From a virus (lineage: Duplodnaviria > Heunggongvirae > Uroviricota > Caudoviricetes): 4,211 nt of DNA. Of this stretch, positions 1 through 4,211 are shown in pieces. Within the stretch, counting starts at the first letter, position 1; each line of letters opens with the position of its first letter. The notes beneath the pieces were generated by a model. The model did no database searches and was not told the DNA's origin. It saw only the letters and a program-made list of their open reading frames with translations. The position numbers and the translations under genes are program-made. The DNA lies in IMG/VR virus record IMGVR_UViG_2636416140_000003, one strand, 5' to 3'.

Positions 1-66
1 CATCATACACTAAATCAGTAAGTTGGCAGCATTACCCGGTTTCTGAACCCTGGATATGTTTATCTG

Positions 67-92
67 TCCCAGCCTGTTGAATCAGGCTGGGA
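67..92. other. Perfect inverted repeat / stem-loop (T-CCCAGCCTG-ttgaat-CAGGCTGGG-A), 9-10 bp stem with 6-nt loop, about 30 bp upstream of the plus-strand ORF at 122
   Basis: Read directly: 68-76 CCCAGCCTG is the exact reverse complement of 83-91 CAGGCTGGG, and T67/A92 extend the stem. No U-tract follows on either strand, so it is not a canonical intrinsic terminator; function unknown (operator, RNA processing or structure element). Confidence 0.4.
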
Positions 93-121
93 AAAGGTAA
101 AGACAATCAAGAGGATTATTT

Positions 122-394
122 ATGGACAATAACACCATTTCTCTACAGGAGTTGCTCGACTGCATTTCCAGGCTTCGGGATGATGTAAATGCCCTCACTG
201 TTGCATTTTCATCTCTGGCCTTATCAATTCCCAGAGAACAAATGCAACCAACACTGGCATCGCTCCTGCTTGAATCACGCAACCCCAAATGGTCCCAGGA
301 ACAACAAAATTCTTTCAAGTGGCTGGCGGCATTACTGGAAGAAAAATATGCTGGTAAAATTACCATTTCGGTGGAGTCTTCAGAGAATCAGTAA
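122..394 (+). CDS. Hypothetical 90-aa protein, predicted helical and Leu/Glu/Gln-rich; family not recognised
   Basis: ATG at 122 preceded by GAGG (111-114) with a 7-nt spacer, a good Shine-Dalgarno arrangement. The protein has ordinary soluble-protein composition, whereas the overlapping antisense frame (82..366) is Ser/Cys/Arg-rich and looks like antisense noise. The 3' end overlaps the convergent minus-strand gene 360..704 by 35 nt. Confidence 0.55.
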   Translation: MDNNTISLQELLDCISRLRDDVNALTVAFSSLALSIPREQMQPTLASLLLESRNPKWSQEQQNSFKWLAALLEEKYAGKITISVESSENQ

Positions 395-704
395 TTCTTC
401 CTGGTAGCTTTCCTTTGTAGGTTATCCACACATTCTGCGCCTCTAAAATTATGGGGCGCTTTTCCGGCGACTGCTCATCCCCTTCACATAACCCGGCAGC
501 AACATCCAGGAAGACCTGTCTGATGCTCATTCTGGCTGCTGCCTCATAAAACTCCAGCGCGGCACCTTCAACACGGTCCAGCGAGATGTCCAGGTCAAAA
601 ATTTCACCGTCAAAGCGTTTTTTGTCCCGTAACGCTAAAGTTACCGTAACTTTATTCTCAAAATTGCGGATCCCTTTCACAATCAGTTCATAGTTTTGAG
701 TCAT
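360..704 (-). CDS. YdfR-like (DUF1327 family) prophage protein, 114 aa, translationally coupled to the upstream holin
   Basis: ATG at 702-704 lies 4 nt after the holin stop (709-711), and the last holin codons contain GGGGAGAG, which serves as its Shine-Dalgarno. The N-terminus MTQNYELIVKGIRNFENKVTVT... resembles, as I recall it, E. coli Qin-prophage YdfR, which lies between holin essQ and lysozyme rrrQ. Family assignment is from memory and needs a search. Confidence 0.6.
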   Translation of the reverse strand: MTQNYELIVKGIRNFENKVTVTLALRDKKRFDGEIFDLDISLDRVEGAALEFYEAAARMSIRQVFLDVAAGLCEGDEQSPEKRPIILEAQNVWITYKGKLPGRITDSLKTPPKW

Positions 705-708
705 TGAA

Positions 709-924
709 TTACTCTCCCCGTGCAGCCTTACGACGGTCCTCTCTGATTTTGAAATACAGGTTAGTCAGATATGTCAGCAGCCCAAACAGCAGACTCCCCA
801 GCACGCCTATTGCCGCCCACTGAGACGGGGAAACCCTGTCCAGCAACTGCAGGAACCAGTAGCCCGTTCCCACCGCTGACGTGGTGTATGACACACCTGT
901 TGTGATTTTTTCCATCTGGTCCAT
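709..924 (-). CDS. S: Phage holin, S21 / EssD-EssQ-type class II pinholin, 71 aa, with dual-start motif (Met1 and Met4)
   Basis: Translation [71 protein letters not shown] closely matches phage 21 S and E. coli EssD/EssQ pinholins as I recall them: two TM segments and a charged C-terminal tail. ATG at 922-924 and a second in-frame ATG at 913-915; GGAG-containing Shine-Dalgarno about 9 nt upstream. The track ORF start at 1029 is taken to be a spurious N-terminal extension. Confidence 0.85.
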   Translation of the reverse strand: MDQMEKITTGVSYTTSAVGTGYWFLQLLDRVSPSQWAAIGVLGSLLFGLLTYLTNLYFKIREDRRKAARGE

Positions 925-954
925 ACCCCGTCTCCCGTTATCCGGAAGCTGACA

Positions 955-989
955 ACAATAAAAAAGCCACCAGTTAACTACTGATGGCT
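955..989 (-). terminator. Rho-independent terminator on the minus strand, between the DUF1737-like gene and the holin gene
   Basis: Minus-strand RNA reads AGCCAUCAG-uaguuaa-CUGGUGGCU (9-bp stem including one G.U pair, 7-nt loop) followed directly by UUUUUUAUUGUUG. Confidence 0.65.
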
Positions 990-1231
990 CTGATAACTCA
1001 TGCAAGCGTCTCAGACGACCCACTGACACTACCGGTGAGTTTAACGATACCTTCCATTTGACTGGCTCACTTTTTATGATGATGCCGGTGCATTTATCTC
1101 CAGCACCAGACTTTCTATCTCAACGCCATACGTTGCATTTTTGGTAATATCCGTCAGCGTCAGTGCATTTAGTCCCACTGCCAGACTGTCTTTTATGGCC
1201 TGGAATGCCGGGCCAGTACGATGACGTAGTA

Positions 1232-1420
1232 TCACTCCGGCTCAGTTGCACCACTGACCACCACATCACCTTCTGCTGCAATCGCCTGCATCAGGGTATA
1301 AGGGGTTATGGCCACCGGACTACCAAACGGCTGCCAGCCCTCTTTCAGTTTATGTGTCAGCTTTTCCGCAAGATCTGACGGCGGCGCCGCCCTGACAACA
1401 TCATAGTGTTTAAATGCCAT
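1232..1420 (-). CDS. Small conserved prophage protein, DUF1737-like, 62 aa from the second ATG
   Basis: The ATG at 1418-1420 is preceded by GGTGGAAAG about 6-8 nt upstream; the first in-frame ATG at 1435 lacks a Shine-Dalgarno. Sequence MAFKHYDVVRAAPPSDLAEKLTHKLKEGWQPFGSPVAITPYTLMQAIAAEGD... resembles small proteins I recall from just upstream of the holin in lambdoid/Stx prophages. Family name is from memory. Confidence 0.55.
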   Translation of the reverse strand: MAFKHYDVVRAAPPSDLAEKLTHKLKEGWQPFGSPVAITPYTLMQAIAAEGDVVVSGATEPE

Positions 1421-1679
1421 GGTTCTTTCCACCATCTGAAAAATAATTCTTTAAAATACCTGACATGTAATACAGAAAAAACACAAAACCATACCTTAAA
1501 TAAAAACCTGATTATCAAGCAGATATGCATGGATAAACTACAAGACGAGATATAAACCACCCTGCATTTAAATAAACAATAAACAACATCAGAAAAATAA
1601 TTCTGCTCTATGGTTTAATTCAAAAATATCATTTATACTTTTCAGAACATCACCAGCAAGGCATAAACAAGGAAACTAA
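1421..1679. promoter_or_regulatory. AT-rich intergenic region between divergent genes (minus 1232..1420 and plus 1680..2015); probable divergent promoter region
   Basis: About 260 bp of very AT-rich sequence with many TTGxxx / TAxxxT hexamers. No single -35/-10 pair could be assigned with confidence by eye. Confidence 0.3.
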
Positions 1680-2015
1680 ATGAAGTGGATTGTGATTGAT
1701 ACAGTTATCCAGCCATCATGCGGAATATCTTTTTCAGTCATATGGAGTAAAATAAAATTAATAATCTGGTATCAATCGGATGCTTTCTTACCTCCTGAAA
1801 GTATATTTACACTGACTCACACAGGCATCATGCTCAATAACAAAGTGCTACCTGTAACCATTTACAACGTAGTACCATTCAATAAAACATTCTGGAATTT
1901 AATCAAAAACAGCCAGGAATGCCCTACAAATACAGATAACGTATTGAATGAATGCTTTAATAACCGTTGCACTCTGCAAATATGTCCTTATGGACTAAAA
2001 CAACAAAGTCCATAA
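1680..2015 (+). CDS. Hypothetical AT-rich cargo protein, 111 aa, five Cys (four in the C-terminal 30 residues); no recognisable family
   Basis: ATG at 1680 preceded by AAGGAA (1669-1674) with a 5-nt spacer. An uninterrupted 111-codon frame in such AT-rich sequence is unlikely by chance because stop codons are AT-rich. Contains 6 ATA codons (residues 16, 21, 25, 28, 42, 102), the codon read by the adjacent phage tRNA-Ile2. Confidence 0.45.
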   Translation: MKWIVIDTVIQPSCGISFSVIWSKIKLIIWYQSDAFLPPESIFTLTHTGIMLNNKVLPVTIYNVVPFNKTFWNLIKNSQECPTNTDNVLNECFNNRCTLQICPYGLKQQSP

Positions 2016-2035
2016 GGAGTTTACTCACATCTGAC

Positions 2036-2070
2036 AAAATCAATATAAACAGCCCCTCCGGAGAGGGGCT
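2036..2070 (-). terminator. Hairpin terminator, minus-strand orientation, possibly bidirectional, between the convergent cargo ORFs
   Basis: Plus strand 2051-2070 AGCCCCTC-cgga-GAGGGGCT forms an 8-bp GC-rich stem with a 4-nt loop. On the minus-strand RNA it is followed by GUUUAUAUUGAUUUU (U-rich); on the plus strand an A-rich tract precedes it but no U-tract follows. Confidence 0.45.
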
Positions 2071-2462
2071 GGAGAGTGGCGCTATGTGCCATTGCATGGT
2101 GCCGGGTGCCTCCCGGTGAATTCAGTACCAGCACCTGAATCCGCGATTATCCCATATACCTACTCGCTGATTGCCCCTCCGCACAGGGGGATTCACCATG
2201 CCAGTTTCTTTTAACAAACTCCCCGCAAACCAGACAACAGTCAACCGCCTGAATTGTGAAGTATTTAAAAATTTCTCCCGCTAACTGATACCCGGCTAAC
2301 AGTCTGGCGTTTTCTTTTTCAGCAACGGGAAAGCAACAACCACCACACCCGCCACCAGCACACCGTCAGCCGGCACTGACATTATCCGGCTGCTGCAATG
2401 CCATTCACAAAAACAGTAAGCAATCACTTTTTACCGTAACAGGTGATAATCCAGATATGTAT

Positions 2463-2816
2463 CTACCCCAGATGAGTAATCCGAAGTTCATCCATACCAC
2501 AGGTCCTGGCTATTCTGTTGTACTCCTGAACAAGAGCAAATAATTCTGAATTAGCAACCATGAACTCATCGCAAACCCTCTGTATAGCATCACTATTCAG
2601 AATAATAACGTCTCTTCCCGAAAGACGATCAGGAGTACAGAACAAAACTGTCAAACGGCTGAAGGCCTTTGCTCGTGCTGCATTGACTATATCAATACGC
2701 TGCCTAAGGATGAAACACCCCGACGCCTCATCAATATTCACTCTACCCACACCATATGAATGATAAATACTTAATGCTGAAAAAACCATTAGACCGTATA
2801 ACAAATACTCAATCAA
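2463..2816 (-). CDS. Hypothetical cargo protein, 117 aa from TTG at 2816 or 108 aa from ATG at 2789, with an N-terminal hydrophobic segment; no recognisable family
   Basis: Codon-by-codon reverse-complement translation confirms the frame, ending at TAG 2463-2465. The first start is TTG; the first ATG is at residue 10 (2787-2789). Contains 3 AGA, 3 AGG and 3 ATA codons (9 of 117), matching the two tRNAs immediately upstream. It lies directly downstream of Q, pR', tR' and the tRNAs, the slot that stx occupies in Stx phages. Confidence 0.5.
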   Translation of the reverse strand: MIEYLLYGLMVFSALSIYHSYGVGRVNIDEASGCFILRQRIDIVNAARAKAFSRLTVLFCTPDRLSGRDVIILNSDAIQRVCDEFMVANSELFALVQEYNRIARTCGMDELRITHLG

Positions 2817-2926
2817 TACTTAACAGAACTTTTATTTTTGACAAACATATAATATTTTCAACAATATCCTGAGCCAGGTATATTTCAGTATAAGGCTCTG
2901 CCGGAAGGAATCTGGAAGAATGAATA

Positions 2927-3003
2927 TGGCGCGCTGTACTGGATTCGAACCAGTGACCGATTGCTTAGAAGGCAATTGCTCTGTCCGGCTGAGCTAACAA
3001 CGC
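2927..3003 (-). tRNA. argN: tRNA-Arg, anticodon UCU (reads AGA/AGG), argN/argU-like, 77 nt with encoded CCA
   Basis: Reverse complement is GCGTTGTTAGCTCAGCCGGACAGAGCAATTGCCTTCTAAGCAATCGGTCACTGGTTCGAATCCAGTACAGCGCGCCA. It folds as a cloverleaf: acceptor GCGTTGT/ACAGCGC (one G.U), D-stem GCTC/GAGC, anticodon stem ATTGC/GCAAT with loop CTTCTAA (anticodon TCT), T-stem ACTGG/CCAGT with loop TTCGAAT, discriminator G, CCA. Confidence 0.85.
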
Positions 3004-3103
3004 TGAATACCGATAATGGACCGCCATCGGGGACCCGCCCCCGCACCAACAACCCTGTTATCGTGTCGTCTGCTCTTCCTGATAAGCTAATGGCGGTTTG
3101 TGA

Positions 3104-3179
3104 TGGTGGCCCTTGCTGGATTTGAACCAGCGACCTGGCGATTATGAGTCGCTCGCTCTCACCACTGAGCTAAAGGGCC
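3104..3179 (-). tRNA. ileZ: tRNA with CAU anticodon, most likely tRNA-Ile2 (lysidine-modified, reads AUA), ileX/ileZ-like, 76 nt with encoded CCA
   Basis: Reverse complement is GGCCCTTTAGCTCAGTGGTGAGAGCGAGCGACTCATAATCGCCAGGTCGCTGGTTCAAATCCAGCAAGGGCCACCA: acceptor GGCCCTT/AAGGGCC, anticodon loop CTCATAA (CAT), T-stem GCTGG/CCAGC. The framework closely resembles E. coli ileX as I recall it, and Stx phages carry ileZ-argN(-argO) at this position. The CAU anticodon alone cannot exclude tRNA-Met. Confidence 0.8.
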
Positions 3180-3214
3180 GGGAGCAGAATAATAACGGTC
3201 CGTAATTAATTTCG

Positions 3215-3242
3215 CAATAAAAAACCCGCTCAGCGGCGGGTT
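3215..3242 (-). terminator. Rho-independent terminator tR' downstream of the putative late promoter (Q-antiterminated terminator)
   Basis: Minus-strand RNA reads AACCCGC-cgcuga-GCGGGUU followed by UUUUAUUGCG: a GC-rich stem of 5 GC plus 2 AU pairs and a U-tract, about 65-70 nt downstream of the proposed start site. Confidence 0.7.
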
Positions 3243-3280
3243 GTAGAAACTCTTCTAACGTCAGGCATAAAACGCCCATC

Positions 3281-3317
3281 ATTATGACGAATTTACCACA
3301 GATTCCGGAAAAATCAA
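3281..3317 (-). promoter_or_regulatory. Candidate late promoter pR' (-35 TTGATT, 16-nt spacer, -10 TAAATT) with a -10-like CATAAT element in the initial transcribed region (candidate sigma-dependent pause / Q-loading site)
   Basis: On the minus strand, 5 nt after the Q stop codon: TTGATT (plus 3312-3317), 16-nt spacer, TAAATT (plus 3290-3295), then cgtCATAAT. Lambda pR' as I recall it also uses TAAATT as its -10. Placement immediately downstream of Q and upstream of tR' matches the lambdoid late operon. Confidence 0.5.
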
Positions 3318-3322
3318 CCTTG

Positions 3323-4144
3323 TTACCTAGTTACCTTTTTTAACTGCCGCTCAGCCCATGCTTCTTCAATATCAAACCGGGTCACCAGCGCATCATAAAA
3401 TTTCTTAACTGTTTTTTCCCATGACGCGCGTGTTATCTGGTTTGTCACCTCGCATATAGCATTAAATGCCTCCGTTGATGGTAGTCTTTCATAGCCACGA
3501 CCACCACAACGCTGGCAGTCTCTGATAACAGGCATACCACGTTTTACCGACTCTTCACGATGAATGGCGACACCACGCCCACGGCAATCCTTACAGGCGG
3601 TGGAAACCTCACCCTTTCCGCCACACTCCGGACAGGCAACTTTTACCACCTCCCTGACTTTTTTCCATTCTTCCCAGTAAGACGGATACACACCTTTCGT
3701 ACACTTTGCCCATACCGGCGGCTTACCATCCGGATACTGGATCTTATTTGTAAAAACTATGCTTTCAATAAATTTTTCCCCATAGCAACAAGGGCACTGC
3801 TTTTTACTCGCTGCGCTGCGGGCATAATCCTCAAAAGCGTACGAAGCCATAATGCGCATCACTACCGGTTTTATTTCTGCCGGAAGTTTTCTCAACGCCG
3901 CCACACGATCGCACCGACTGAGTGCATAATCTGCCAGTAATTCTGTTGCCCGCGCCCTGTCATTCATACTGATGCCCATTTTCCCCAGGAACGCAGAAAA
4001 ACCCATCTCAGCCCGATTCTGTGTCATGCCCTGCGCGGCCATCACATCAGTGATACTCAGCGCATCTTTTGACGTTGAGGCCGATGCATCGGTCAGGCCA
4101 GGGGATTTTGGGGAGTAGTATTTCGGTAAATCTTCCAGTTTCAT
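3323..4144 (-). CDS. Q: Late-gene antitermination protein Q, large (273 aa) Q82/QuuQ-like type, with a Cys-rich zinc-finger region
   Basis: ATG at 4142-4144, TAA at 3323-3325. The protein has a CPCC motif and three CxxCxGxG motifs (CPECGGKG, CKDCRGRG, CQRCGGRG) within residues 117-217. It sits immediately upstream of the pR'/tR'/tRNA/holin arrangement. Family assignment is from recollection of prophage Q proteins and gene context, not a search. Confidence 0.75.
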   Translation of the reverse strand: MKLEDLPKYYSPKSPGLTDASASTSKDALSITDVMAAQGMTQNRAEMGFSAFLGKMGISMNDRARATELLADYALSRCDRVAALRKLPAEIKPVVMRIMASYAFEDYARSAASKKQCPCCYGEKFIESIVFTNKIQYPDGKPPVWAKCTKGVYPSYWEEWKKVREVVKVACPECGGKGEVSTACKDCRGRGVAIHREESVKRGMPVIRDCQRCGGRGYERLPSTEAFNAICEVTNQITRASWEKTVKKFYDALVTRFDIEEAWAERQLKKVTR

Positions 4145-4211
4145 TTTTTGACCTGCTCTTAATGCATTATGAACCGCCCCGGGAATCCTGGAGACTAAAC
4201 TTCCTGAGAAA

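Noticed and set aside
67-92. Palindrome as a rho-independent terminator
   Set aside because: No U-tract follows the stem on either strand; kept as an unexplained regulatory or structural element instead.
82-366. Minus-strand ORF, 94 aa, in the position where an endolysin would follow the holin/YdfR-like genes
   Set aside because: Ser/Cys/Arg-rich, low-complexity translation with no lysozyme-like motifs; it is antisense to a better plus-strand ORF (122..394) that has a strong Shine-Dalgarno. Treated as an antisense artefact.
189-407. Plus-strand ORF, 72 aa, alternative frame overlapping 122..394
   Set aside because: His/Trp/Cys-rich translation, no ribosome-binding site, fully contained within a better frame.
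925-1029. N-terminal extension of the holin ORF (track start at 1029, 106 aa)
   Set aside because: The extension ([35 protein letters not shown]) is unlike any holin N-terminus and would span the intrinsic terminator at 955-989. The conserved 71-aa pinholin starts at the ATG at 924, which has a proper Shine-Dalgarno.
1163-1378. Plus-strand ORF, 71 aa
   Set aside because: Antisense to the DUF1737-like gene; Cys/His-rich translation, no ribosome-binding site.
1357-1560. Minus-strand ORF, 67 aa
   Set aside because: Lies mostly in the AT-rich intergenic/promoter region and overlaps the DUF1737-like gene start out of frame; Phe/Cys/Arg-rich translation typical of a chance frame.
2036-2462. Shiga toxin genes stxA/stxB, or a CRISPR array / tandem-repeat RNA (type III antitoxin-like), in the cargo region
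   Set aside because: No frame resembles StxA or StxB, and no regularly spaced direct repeats are visible; the region contains only dispersed hairpins.
2560-2763. Plus-strand ORF, 67 aa
   Set aside because: Entirely antisense to the 117-aa cargo ORF; no ribosome-binding site; the minus-strand frame is supported by gene context and the codon pattern.
3004-3103. Possible third tRNA (argO-like) between or after the two tRNAs, as in 933W (ileZ-argN-argO)
   Set aside because: Neither the 100-nt spacer between the tRNAs nor the region 2817-2926 contains a T-loop GTTCGAATC-type motif or a foldable cloverleaf. Only two tRNAs are supported.
3560-3940. Plus-strand ORF, 126 aa
   Set aside because: Antisense to the Q gene; Arg/Phe/Thr-rich translation typical of the reverse frame of a real gene.

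Overview
This 4.2-kb window reads as the late-regulatory and lysis-proximal region of a lambdoid prophage in an enterobacterial genome, laid out like a Shiga-toxin phage late region but with no stx genes. Almost everything is on the minus strand. From high to low coordinates: a Q-type late antiterminator gene (3323-4144) with CxxCxGxG cysteine repeats; a candidate late promoter pR' with a -10-like pause element and an intrinsic terminator tR' (3215-3317); two phage-borne tRNA genes, tRNA-Ile2(CAU)-like (3104-3179) and tRNA-Arg(UCU) (2927-3003); then an accessory cargo segment. The cargo holds an unrecognised 117-aa ORF (2463-2816) unusually rich in the AGA/AGG/ATA codons those tRNAs decode, a GC-rich block with no long ORF but several hairpins (2076-2460) ending in a hairpin terminator, a convergent AT-rich 111-aa plus-strand ORF (1680-2015), and a small DUF1737-like gene (1232-1420). 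A strong intrinsic terminator (955-989) precedes the lysis cassette: an S21-type pinholin with dual-start motif (709-924) translationally coupled to a YdfR/DUF1327-like gene (360-704). Where an endolysin would be expected, that gene instead meets a convergent, overlapping plus-strand ORF (122-394). No CRISPR array, IS element or rRNA is visible. The most interesting candidate for something undescribed is the cargo in the stx-equivalent slot (the 117-aa ORF plus the adjacent structured non-coding block) and the convergent AT-rich ORF. All protein family calls are from memory of the sequences, not from a database search.
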